Source: a virus. From it: a DNA stretch of 40,780 nucleotides. The notes beneath the pieces were generated by a model, which searched no databases, was not told the origin of the DNA, and saw only the letters and a program-made list of their open reading frames with translations. The stretch spans positions 1 to 40,780 of the IMG/VR virus record IMGVR_UViG_3300045988_047143, one strand, 5' to 3'. The translations under genes and the position numbers were made by a program. Shown here in pieces: positions 34,321 through 40,780 of this stretch (the first letter of the stretch is position 1; each line of letters begins with the position of its first letter).

Positions 34321-34343
34321 CGTGCCCACATTTTGCCCACGTC
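34321..34343. repeat. 23-bp direct repeat, copy 2 (overlaps the integrase stop codon)
   Basis: Identical to 34111-34133. The 187 bp between the two copies carry further phased short repeats. Confidence 0.9.
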
Positions 34344-35469
34344 ACGCGGCAAGACTCCGCCCCTCGCCAATCGCCTTGACCAGCAAGCCATTCATCGCCT
34401 CGCCCACGGCATCCAGATCATCATCGAACAGGTCGGCGTACACATCCAAGGTCATGGCGGCCGATTTATGGCCAAGCTGCCGCTGCACGGCTTTGACGTT
34501 CGCACCGGCGTGCACCAGCAGCGAGGCGCACGTGTGGCGCAGGTCATGCACCGTCATCGACGCGGCGGCATCCTCGTCAAGGACCGCGCGCTTCGCGCGG
34601 CAGAACCAGTCACCACGGTAACGTCCATGCGCGCGCCGAAGATACGAGCCTGTGCGCTTGTCGGGGAAAAGCAGGTCGGACGGCTGACGGCCCTTGCAAG
34701 CCTCCTCAAGGCATGGCCTGAGTAGGCTTGGGAAAATCACCGTGCGCGTCTCGCCGGTCTTCGTGGTGCCGACCACGAAGTGGTCCCTGATCTCGGACAC
34801 AGTGCGCAGGACGTGGATGCGCTGACGTGCGAAATCGACGTCACCGACCTGCAAGCCGACCAGCTCGCCCCAACGCAATCCACAGAGGCCCAGCGTGAGC
34901 ACGATGGGCCGATGCCAGCCGGAAGCGTCCGCCAAAGCCAGCAATTGGTCGACGCTCAAGTAGACGTGCTTTTTCGGAACCATCCTAGGCAAGGCGATAT
35001 CTTCGCATGGATTGTCGTGGATGCATTTATCGGCCTTGGCTTTCCTGACGAGCGCGCCGAGCGTAAAAAAGGCGCGTCTGGTCAGACTCGCGCTTTTCGT
35101 TTCCGCCAGCTCGCTGACCCACACCTGCACTTCATCGTGCGTGATCGACTGGACTTCGCGCAAGCCCCATTTCGGCTTGACATGGATGCGCCACACGCGG
35201 TCGATAAGGTCGATGGTGCCTGCTTTCGATTCGGTCTTCTTGGCGGCGATCCACGGCTCCCAGAAGTCCTCCACGAGTCTGCGTCCGGCTTGTGGGTCGA
35301 TGTAAGCTCCGACGCTTTTGGCGGTGGTCACGTTGGCCGCGCCCCATGCGTCGGCGTCCATCTTGCGCTTGAAGCCGCGTTTGCCGGTCGCGCTGCCGTC
35401 CGGCTTGCGGTAGCGCACCTCGTAGCGTTTGCCGCTTTTCGTCGTGTATTGGCGGATTGTGTAGGCCAT
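34342..35469 (-). CDS. int: Tyrosine integrase (phage integrase family), 375 aa
   Basis: HDLRHTCASLL...LGHKSAAMTLDVYADLF gives the HxxR and catalytic Tyr region. The N-terminus is an arm-binding-type YTTKSGKRYEVRY. AAGGAG RBS before the ATG at 35469. Confidence 0.92.
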   Translation of the reverse strand: MAYTIRQYTTKSGKRYEVRYRKPDGSATGKRGFKRKMDADAWGAANVTTAKSVGAYIDPQAGRRLVEDFWEPWIAAKKTESKAGTIDLIDRVWRIHVKPKWGLREVQSITHDEVQVWVSELAETKSASLTRRAFFTLGALVRKAKADKCIHDNPCEDIALPRMVPKKHVYLSVDQLLALADASGWHRPIVLTLGLCGLRWGELVGLQVGDVDFARQRIHVLRTVSEIRDHFVVGTTKTGETRTVIFPSLLRPCLEEACKGRQPSDLLFPDKRTGSYLRRAHGRYRGDWFCRAKRAVLDEDAAASMTVHDLRHTCASLLVHAGANVKAVQRQLGHKSAAMTLDVYADLFDDDLDAVGEAMNGLLVKAIGEGRSLAA

Positions 35470-35592
35470 GCTGGTCTCCTTTGCTGACATGGCCGATTAT
35501 ATAAGAGAGGCGGAGCCTCGCATTGCCCTGGCTCCGCCTTGTCCATCGTGTCAGCAAAGGACGATTCCAGTCTAGTGTGCGACACGCCCAGC

Positions 35593-35634
35593 TTGATTAT
35601 TACCGCAAGTGCGGTATTATAAGAGTGTCAGCAA
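35593..35634 (+). promoter_or_regulatory. Promoter/operator cassette, copy 1
   Basis: TTGATT(-35)-ATTACCGCAAGTGCGGTATTATAAG-AGTGTCAGCAAAG. The palindrome TACCGCA-AG-TGCGGTA spans the spacer and the -10. Confidence 0.65.
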
Positions 35635-35655
35635 AGAACAAGCAAGGAGCACAAA

Positions 35656-36108
35656 ATGGCACACTACGACGCGAAATACAGCTGCGGACACGAAGAGCGC
35701 ATCGAACTCTTCGGCAAGACCAGCAAGCGCGAAAGCTACCTCGAATGGCTCACAACGCAAAAATGCCCGGAATGCCGCCGCAAGGAACGCGACGAGCGTC
35801 TGGCGGCGGAGAACGCCAAGAACGCCGGATGGCGCGAACAGCATCACGTCGAAGAGATCATGCCGAACCTCGACGGCACGCCGAAGCAGGTCAAGTGGGC
35901 GAACGACCTGCGCGACGGAGTCATCAACCGCACGAGCCACGACCTGCGCGAGCGGTTCCAGCCACGCATGCTCTCCATCATCGCCGAATACACCAGCGCG
36001 GCATGGTGGATTGAAAACCGCGGCGAAGCCTTCGACGTACTGGCCCACGTCATGTTCGACCGACTTGTCGCCGAGAAGAAGGCCGGAATGTCGAACGAGC
36101 TGGATTGA
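35656..36108 (+). CDS. Zinc-ribbon protein of unknown function, 150 aa
   Basis: SCGHE...CPEC. AAGGAG RBS. It has its own terminator downstream. Confidence 0.7.
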   Translation: MAHYDAKYSCGHEERIELFGKTSKRESYLEWLTTQKCPECRRKERDERLAAENAKNAGWREQHHVEEIMPNLDGTPKQVKWANDLRDGVINRTSHDLRERFQPRMLSIIAEYTSAAWWIENRGEAFDVLAHVMFDRLVAEKKAGMSNELD

Positions 36109-36235
36109 CACGACGCGCCAACCCGAGTATCGTGAGGTGTGTCGTCCCGGCATGAGATGCCGGAACGTGGATTGAAATTATGTGTAATATGCGTGAATCG
36201 AAAAATGCATATCAGGCATGTTTTGATGTCGCGAG

Positions 36236-36267
36236 ACGCCTCGGCTTCGGTCGGGGCGTTTTGTTTT
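36236..36267 (+). terminator. Intrinsic terminator with cUUCGg tetraloop
   Basis: 10-bp stem (two G:U pairs) from 36236-36245 to 36250-36259, UUCG loop, then TTTGTTTT. Confidence 0.8.
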
Positions 36268-36305
36268 AGCGTCCGCATGGACGGAAACAACATGGAGGAA
36301 CACGA

Positions 36306-36530
36306 ATGACTTTGCGTGCGATGCGCGAACGCGCCGGATTGTCGCAGCAGGATTTACGCGCGAAGGTCGGAATCAATTCGATCTCGTATTTCTGGGCTTT
36401 GGAGGCCTGGGACTCCACACCTCGGCCGAAGCGTGCGCGGGATCCGCATACGATGCGTTTGGATACTGCGAAGAGGGTGTCCGAGGCGCTTGGCGTCTCC
36501 CTTGACGGACTGTGGAACGGTTTGGATTGA
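36306..36530 (+). CDS. Small XRE-family HTH regulator, 74 aa (Aca-like candidate)
   Basis: LRAMRERAGLSQQDLRAKVGINSISYF is an HTH. GGAGG lies 7 nt upstream. Confidence 0.75.
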   Translation: MTLRAMRERAGLSQQDLRAKVGINSISYFWALEAWDSTPRPKRARDPHTMRLDTAKRVSEALGVSLDGLWNGLD

Positions 36531-36549
36531 TTTTCACGGCGTGTCCGAC

Positions 36550-36593
36550 TTGATTATTACCGCACTTGCGGTAATATAAGAGTGTCAGCAAAA
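36550..36593 (+). promoter_or_regulatory. Promoter/operator cassette, copy 2
   Basis: TTGATT-ATTACCGCACTTGCGGTAATATAAG-AGTGTCAGCAAAA. It contains the perfect 10-2-10 palindrome TATTACCGCA-CT-TGCGGTAATA (36555-36576) and is about 40/43 identical to copy 1. Confidence 0.65.
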
Positions 36594-36610
36594 AGAAAGG
36601 ACGAACCAAA

Positions 36611-37039
36611 ATGGCGACGATCACATTCACCACGCGCTGCACCAACAAGACGGTCTCGCTCCCGTCCGAGGAGGCCATCGAACGACTTTTCAACGACGCC
36701 GACGAATGGTTCGCATTCCAACACCGCGCACCGGAAACGGAGATGGAACTGTTCATCGCGTCGACCTACGACACAGAGAAGACCACCATCAACCCCTACG
36801 CCACAGAGATCGACGTCAATGGCGTGCCAATGGCCATCTCGATAAAAGAGGGTGACGGAATCGCCATCCGCCCAGGCGAATGGGCGTCCGGCGCATACGA
36901 GGATTGGGAGAAGACCGACCGGAACACACTGCTGGCCGACATCAACCGCATGGCGTGCCGGCCTATGGACACGATCGGAGCGCCGACCCTTTGCGAGGTT
37001 CGCGAATACGGCGATTGCATTTGGAACCGCGAAGACTAA
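36611..37039 (+). CDS. Acidic hypothetical protein, 142 aa
   Basis: ORF directly behind cassette 2. By my count it has about 27 D/E versus 13 K/R. Confidence 0.65.
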   Translation: MATITFTTRCTNKTVSLPSEEAIERLFNDADEWFAFQHRAPETEMELFIASTYDTEKTTINPYATEIDVNGVPMAISIKEGDGIAIRPGEWASGAYEDWEKTDRNTLLADINRMACRPMDTIGAPTLCEVREYGDCIWNRED

Positions 37040-37102
37040 TCCCCGCCTAGAAAACGGTGAATCCTCATACTATTCTTGACATTTTTTATCATGGAGGTTG
37101 AA

Positions 37103-37396
37103 ATGACTGATTTTAACGCATACGTTGATTTGATGGAGCCGAATAATGAGATTTTGAAATATCCGTTGTCCAATGGTGATGACGTGTGTTTTCATATTCG
37201 CATTTTCGATGGGCCTATCGATTTCGATGATGATGAGAACGAGGTGGATTATCTGAATCTTGATCCTGATGATTGGGAGAAGAATGATTTCACGCCCGAT
37301 ATTAAGAAGGTCCTTGAAGAGAACGGTTATCGTCTCACGTCCGAATGTGAGACCGATGGCGATATTCTCTCGTTCACCTGCGTGAAGGACGCTTGA
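37103..37396 (+). CDS. Very acidic small protein, 97 aa (DNA-mimic-like candidate)
   Basis: GGAGG lies 5 nt before the ATG at 37103. It has 27 D/E versus 6 K/R and is markedly AT-richer than the genome. Confidence 0.65.
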   Translation: MTDFNAYVDLMEPNNEILKYPLSNGDDVCFHIRIFDGPIDFDDDENEVDYLNLDPDDWEKNDFTPDIKKVLEENGYRLTSECETDGDILSFTCVKDA

Positions 37397-37473
37397 CTGC
37401 TCCAAGGCCGCGAAACGCAGGGCATCGAAGCCAGATTCAAGCGACTCGCGAACACGCGCTGAAAACGCAAAAA

Positions 37474-37508
37474 CGCCCCTCCCCCAGCATGATGCTGAGA
37501 GAGGGGCG
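37474..37508 (-). terminator. Terminator of the methyltransferase gene
   Basis: On the minus strand: CGCCCCTCTCTCAGCA-TCA-TGCTGGGGGAGGGGCG (two mismatches) followed by TTTTTGCGTTTTC. Confidence 0.7.
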
Positions 37509-37560
37509 ATGTTGCATAAGGGTGCAAAATATTCCAACAGGAATCAAACCGCACGAATTT

Positions 37561-38388
37561 TCATGCGAGGTTTTCGATGATCCGCTTCTCGTTTTCGCTG
37601 AGCGGCCATATGGTCACATCCTCCGCGGCCTTCAGTTCCGCGGCCTTCAGTTCCGCGGCCTTCAGTTCCGCGGCCTTCAGTTCCGCGGCCTTCAGTTCCG
37701 CCGCCTTGGCTCCGCTCAGGAGATAGCCGCTGCCGAAGATGGCCTTCCTCGCCGCCCTCTGCGAGTCAAGCGCCCGAATGAACGCCACATCCGAAGCCTT
37801 GACGCGGAAATCCACGCCAGCCTTGCCGACCTTATTCAGTCGTGCGACGGTCAACAATTCCGGCGGATACGCATACTTCGGCAGATGTTTCCTGCTTTCG
37901 CGCCTGACTCGTTTCACCGCATCGTTGACCAGCTTCGTCAGATCCGGTGCGGTGCGAATCAGGTCATCGCCGAAACTCGTCACGAAGCTGGTGTTGACGA
38001 TAGCGCCGTTGGCGTATTCGATCGCGCAATCAGTGACCAGCATATGCGCGCCGTTGCGCGACGTGCTGCTGAAAATCGTGAGGTTCGGAGCGAACAAGAA
38101 GAAAGGAATATGGTTGTCACGGTAGAACGTGCATATCTTCGATAGAATCGAGAAAGGTGGATTGTCCACCACCACCTTGCCGTCCGAATAGTCGAAACTC
38201 TCGTAGTCGCCGCCAGGATAGAAGGGGCGCACCACTTTGCTCGGGTCGATGCCATATTCGTGGCATGCCCAGTCCTTTATGGTCTCATACACTGCGGGGG
38301 GGGTGTAGCAGTCGTCCGTGGTCTTCTTATGTTTGAATTTGTCCACGAACGCATCATAATCGTCAATCGTCTGCTGTCTGATGCCCAT
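37561..38388 (-). CDS. Orphan N6-adenine DNA methyltransferase-like protein with C-terminal (AAELK)n repeat, 275 aa
   Basis: KTTDDCYTPPAVYETI...VVVDNPPFS...FFLFAPNLTIF gives motif IV NPPF and phage Dam-like organisation. The start MGIRQQ is at 38388. Confidence 0.75.
   Translation of the reverse strand: MGIRQQTIDDYDAFVDKFKHKKTTDDCYTPPAVYETIKDWACHEYGIDPSKVVRPFYPGGDYESFDYSDGKVVVDNPPFSILSKICTFYRDNHIPFFLFAPNLTIFSSTSRNGAHMLVTDCAIEYANGAIVNTSFVTSFGDDLIRTAPDLTKLVNDAVKRVRRESRKHLPKYAYPPELLTVARLNKVGKAGVDFRVKASDVAFIRALDSQRAARKAIFGSGYLLSGAKAAELKAAELKAAELKAAELKAAELKAAEDVTIWPLSENEKRIIENLA
37624..37713. repeat. 15-bp tandem repeat, 5 perfect units (37624-37698) plus one degenerate unit
   Basis: CGCGGCCTTCAGTTC x5, then CGCCGCCTTGGCTCC. 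It is in frame and encodes GAKAA(ELKAA)5. Confidence 0.95.
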
Positions 38389-38409
38389 TTTGAAAGTCCT
38401 AAAAATAAG

Positions 38410-38436
38410 GCCCCTCCTCCATGATGGAGAAGGGGC
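38410..38436 (-). terminator. Hairpin + T-tract at the end of the lysis cassette, only about 22 nt upstream of the methyltransferase start
   Basis: On the minus strand: GCCCCTTCTCCAT-C-ATGGAGGAGGGGC (one mismatch) followed by CTTATTTTTAG. Confidence 0.6.
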
Positions 38437-38540
38437 AAATGTTAAAAAACGGGTGTAAAAAATTCCACGGACACTACAGTGCCGCAAATTTTTCCACACC
38501 CGAGTTTGAGTTTCCGGCGCGAGGTCGAGTCTCACGACTG

Positions 38541-38807
38541 TCAGGCGTTGCGCAGCGGATTATAGGCGACGCCAAGACCGCTGGCGATGAAGCCGGCCAC
38601 GGTCGAAATGTAGCCGCCGATGGCCGCATCACCGAACGTCATAAAACCAAGGCCGACGCACGAAGCGATCAGACCCAACACATAGACGACGGTACGCACC
38701 TGCTTCGAAAATACGGGCGTGTACGCGCTGTCGGTGCCGTCCTCGCGCTCGTTGGTGAGATTGGCGATGGTTGTCTCCAAAGTGGATGGTTCTGCATGTT
38801 CTGCCAT
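38541..38807 (-). CDS. Holin-like membrane protein, 88 aa (two C-terminal TM helices)
   Basis: AAGGAAGG RBS. Hydrophobic helices VVYVLGLIASCVGLGFMTF and GGYISTVAGFIASGLGV. It lies directly after the endolysin. Confidence 0.65.
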   Translation of the reverse strand: MAEHAEPSTLETTIANLTNEREDGTDSAYTPVFSKQVRTVVYVLGLIASCVGLGFMTFGDAAIGGYISTVAGFIASGLGVAYNPLRNA

Positions 38808-38820
38808 TAATACCTTCCTT

Positions 38821-39624
38821 TCAGGCTTTGACGAGATACCAGGTTGACTTGTCCTCCGGTGCCAGCGCGATGTAGCGCACCGCTCCGCTGTAAGCCACGT
38901 AGCGGCCCCAGATGTAGCCGTCCGCGACCGTGCCCCAATGATCCAGATTGACGGTCTGGCCGCTGGAATAGGTGGCGACCACATTGCCGGATACGCTCGG
39001 ACGGTCGCGCACGTTGAGCCCGTCCACGGCCACACGATACGTGCCCTGCAACACGTTCACGGCGGACGATGCCGTGGCTTCCTGCGTCGGCTGGGCGGTG
39101 GACGGCGGCGCTGCCGTGCCGGTCATCCTGTCATACCATGCCTGGGCGCGAGCCATGTAGGCCGCGTTCTGGCTTCCGGCGAGGCTGGCCGGGCATGAGG
39201 TCGAAGTGAAGTCGGAGTGCGGGAACACGTTCACGCGCCACTGCGGTCGGCCGAGGCCGTAACGCTTGCAGAGCGCGGCCACCAGATGCGCACCATTGTC
39301 CAACGTCGCTTCGGAGATCATCCACGGATCGGCCGAAACGTCCGCATGCTCCACGCCGATGGACGTGAGATTAGCATTCCAATCGCCCGAATGCCATGCG
39401 GTATCGGTATCCCACACGTGCTGCGAGACGCGGCCGTCCACGGCCACCTGGTAGTGGGCGCTGGCCTCGCGGGTCTGCCACACGTCGTAGATCTGGCGTG
39501 CGGTGAGGTTGCCGCCATTATGATGCAAAACGATCTTGTCGACCTTGCATCCCTGACGGCCCTTGGTCATGTGGGTGGAGAGGATGAGATTCTCGTCCGC
39601 CTCCAGATTCTCCCATGATTTCAT
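38821..39624 (-). CDS. Endolysin: N-acetylmuramoyl-L-alanine amidase (amidase_2/PGRP type) with C-terminal SH3b-like domain, 267 aa
   Basis: KIVLHHNGG...SAHYQV...IGVEHA...FPHSDFTSTSCP are amidase motifs. The C-terminus reads YRVAVDGLNVRDRPSVSGNVVATYSSGQTV. Confidence 0.88.
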   Translation of the reverse strand: MKSWENLEADENLILSTHMTKGRQGCKVDKIVLHHNGGNLTARQIYDVWQTREASAHYQVAVDGRVSQHVWDTDTAWHSGDWNANLTSIGVEHADVSADPWMISEATLDNGAHLVAALCKRYGLGRPQWRVNVFPHSDFTSTSCPASLAGSQNAAYMARAQAWYDRMTGTAAPPSTAQPTQEATASSAVNVLQGTYRVAVDGLNVRDRPSVSGNVVATYSSGQTVNLDHWGTVADGYIWGRYVAYSGAVRYIALAPEDKSTWYLVKA

Positions 39625-39648
39625 ATGTTTCCTCCTTTTTGATGGTTT

Positions 39649-39876
39649 TTAAGCGAAGACGAGCGTCCACATCATGACGGCCATCTCCAGCAGTCGCAGG
39701 AGCGGCAGCATGAGCAGAACGACGCAGACAAGCACGAACGCGGCCAAAAGCAGCGGCACGACACAGGTGAGCCATACCGGCACGTCATGGCCCCGCCACA
39801 ACAGCCACGCCACCGCAAGCAGCAGCACGACGAACACGGCGGCAGCGGACGTCAAAGCGAGCATGCTGGCCGTCAT
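39649..39876 (-). CDS. Holin, 75 aa, multi-TM
   Basis: Almost entirely hydrophobic, immediately upstream of the endolysin, with an ATGA-coupled start. Confidence 0.7.
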   Translation of the reverse strand: MTASMLALTSAAAVFVVLLLAVAWLLWRGHDVPVWLTCVVPLLLAAFVLVCVVLLMLPLLRLLEMAVMMWTLVFA

Positions 39877-40262
39877 TGCCGGTCCTCCAAGTATTTTTCG
39901 GCGGCGTTGACTATCCAGCATCGCGCGTCGAGTTTTTCAAGCTTGGCGAGCTCGTATCGAACGGCCTCAGAATGGTCGTGCGACTGGTCGCCGTAGATCA
40001 GGCTGATGATCGTGTTTTTGATCGTGTCTCGGCGGAGCTCGTCCATGCGATCGTCGAATTTCTCGGTACGTTCGCCAAGCTGCCGGAGCTTGGCGAAATG
40101 CTGGCTGAGCGGCGAATCGTACGGCAGGCGTTCCGGTCGCACGTGCGCGTACAGGCCGGTCGCCAACGCGTCCAACGCGCCCGGCCAGACTTTCAGGCCG
40201 AGCGTGATGAGCGCGCACGCGCCACCCACCCCACCGAAACCTGCTAGAAAATTTTGCAGCAC
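39873..40262 (-). CDS. Membrane-anchored lysis-cassette protein, 129 aa (N-terminal TM + helical domain)
   Basis: GTG start behind AAGGAG. The N-terminus is FLAGFGGVGGACALITLGL. Confidence 0.6.
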   Translation of the reverse strand: MLQNFLAGFGGVGGACALITLGLKVWPGALDALATGLYAHVRPERLPYDSPLSQHFAKLRQLGERTEKFDDRMDELRRDTIKNTIISLIYGDQSHDHSEAVRYELAKLEKLDARCWIVNAAEKYLEDRQ

Positions 40263-40284
40263 ATTACTTCTCCTTTATGGAAAA

Positions 40285-40303
40285 GCCCCGCACGTGGCGG
40301 GGC
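40285..40303 (-). terminator. Hairpin between the tail and lysis modules
   Basis: On the minus strand: GCCCCGC-CACGT-GCGGGGC followed by TTTTCC. Confidence 0.55.
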
Positions 40304-40313
40304 ATGATATTGG

Positions 40314-40673
40314 TTAATACGGGTGGTCGGTGGCGGCGAACACCAGCGGCAGGCCGAGGTTATTGAGCATGGTCACGAGCGAGGCATCCTCGTAGCCGCA
40401 CAAGCGGACAAGCACGGTAACACCGGGGGAAATGGCCACCGTATTGTTGGTTCTGATGCCGATCAGCGTGCTGCCGTCTGCCTTCTCCCACACGACCTTC
40501 GCCAGCCCGTCCTGCAGCGGCGGGTACAGCCAGCCGACAACATCGCCGGTGACGGTTATCTCACACCCCTCGGCTGTGACACTCGCGCTGGCCGTCATGC
40601 CAGCCGGCACCCACGGCACCACCGCCTCACGGTCCTTCAGGTTCGGCGGATCGTAAAGATTCCTGATCCTCAC
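40314..40673 (-). CDS. Hypothetical last tail-module protein, 119 aa (GTG start)
   Basis: Beta-rich ORF. In the circular map it follows 23-271. Its first 18 nt resemble the start of 232-618. Confidence 0.6.
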   Translation of the reverse strand: MRIRNLYDPPNLKDREAVVPWVPAGMTASASVTAEGCEITVTGDVVGWLYPPLQDGLAKVVWEKADGSTLIGIRTNNTVAISPGVTVLVRLCGYEDASLVTMLNNLGLPLVFAATDHPY

Positions 40674-40681
40674 GCGGCCAC

Positions 40682-40780
40682 CCCCAAATCAAGACGGCGA
40701 GGGCTAGGAGGAATACCCCCCCCCGTCCGGAACCGCCGCGTAGGGCGCGGTCAGGGCGGTGAACGCGCCCACATTCAACA
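40682..40780. repeat. Terminal direct repeat, copy 2 (identical to 1-99)
   Basis: Same 99 nt as the window start. The fixed length suggests an assembler k-mer overlap of a circular contig rather than a biological terminal redundancy. Confidence 0.95.

Larger units (their letters stand above)
1..40681. mobile_element. Complete circular temperate siphovirus genome (HK97-like head, long non-contractile tail), unit length 40,681 bp
   Basis: All modules are present: switch, integrase, replication, HNH/TerS/TerL, portal, protease, capsid (MCP), connectors, major tail protein (MTP), frameshifted chaperone, tape measure (TMP), Dit/Tal and lysis. The ends overlap by 99 identical nt, and gene order continues across the junction (tail genes 23-1224 run into 40314-40673 and then lysis). 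Confidence 0.85.

Noticed and set aside
34085-34345. An 86-aa minus-strand ORF that starts MTWAKCGH and ends RTWAKCGH.
   Set aside because: The matching ends are just the two copies of the 23-bp direct repeat read in frame. GC3 is low and there is no RBS, so the region is better explained as an attP-like spacer.
37393-38145. A plus-strand ORF containing (LQFRG)5, which suggests a repeat protein.
   Set aside because: It is the antisense reading of the 15-bp repeat inside the methyltransferase gene. The rest of its translation is junk-like, and it crosses the terminator hairpin.
1-40780. CRISPR arrays, reverse transcriptase/DGR template-variable repeats, transposases, an invertase-driven shufflon near the fibre genes, and toxin-antitoxin pairs.
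   Set aside because: - No spaced repeat array was seen.
- No YxDD-type RT motif appears in any frame. The only YADL is the integrase catalytic Tyr region.
- The integrase is the only recombinase.
- All distal tail genes are co-oriented, with no inverted repeats found by eye.

An exhaustive repeat search would be needed to be certain.

Overview
The window is one complete, circularly closed temperate siphovirus genome. The first 99 nt are identical to the last 99 nt, so the unique length is 40,681 bp. It is high-GC, uses AGGAGG-type ribosome-binding sites (RBS), and has many ATGA/GTGA/TTGA stop-start overlaps. My guess is an actinobacterial, Bifidobacterium-like host; this is inference, not verified.

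Almost everything is on the minus strand, read from high to low coordinates and wrapping through the junction:
- Cro-like gene and early genes, about 31.1-25.7 kb: RusA, a Cas4/RecB-like exonuclease, small coupled ORFs and a 440-bp structured non-coding island.
- An ori-like palindrome cluster, then a primase/helicase (24.6-22.2 kb).
- Small genes, then HNH + TerS + TerL (19.4-16.7 kb).
- Portal, prohead protease and HK97-type capsid.
- Connectors, major tail protein, and a chaperone pair with a GGGAAAA -1 frameshift.
- 1107-aa tape measure, Dit, a roughly 1058-aa Tal/receptor-binding protein (RBP) with FN3 repeats, and distal tail genes.
- After the wrap at 40.7 kb: lysis cassette, then an orphan N6-adenine methyltransferase.

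The plus strand carries only accessory and lysogeny functions:
- A repressor -> ImmA-like peptidase -> HsdR_N-type PD-(D/E)xK nuclease operon (31.26-33.15 kb).
- A winged helix-turn-helix (wHTH)-like gene flanked by TGCAAT iterons.
- Beyond the tyrosine integrase (minus strand, 34.34-35.47 kb), a four-gene island (35.6-37.4 kb) driven by a duplicated promoter/palindrome cassette, with a tiny XRE regulator and strongly acidic small proteins.

The most interesting candidates are:
1. The operator-gated island, which has an Acr/Aca-like anti-defence architecture.
2. The lysogeny-operon nuclease, a candidate single-gene defence.
3. The methyltransferase with an in-frame 15-bp x5-6 tandem repeat.
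4. The 440-bp structured non-coding island inside the early operon.

I saw no CRISPR array, reverse transcriptase/DGR, transposase or intact tRNA. All functional calls come from reading the translated ORFs and motifs by eye; no database search was run.
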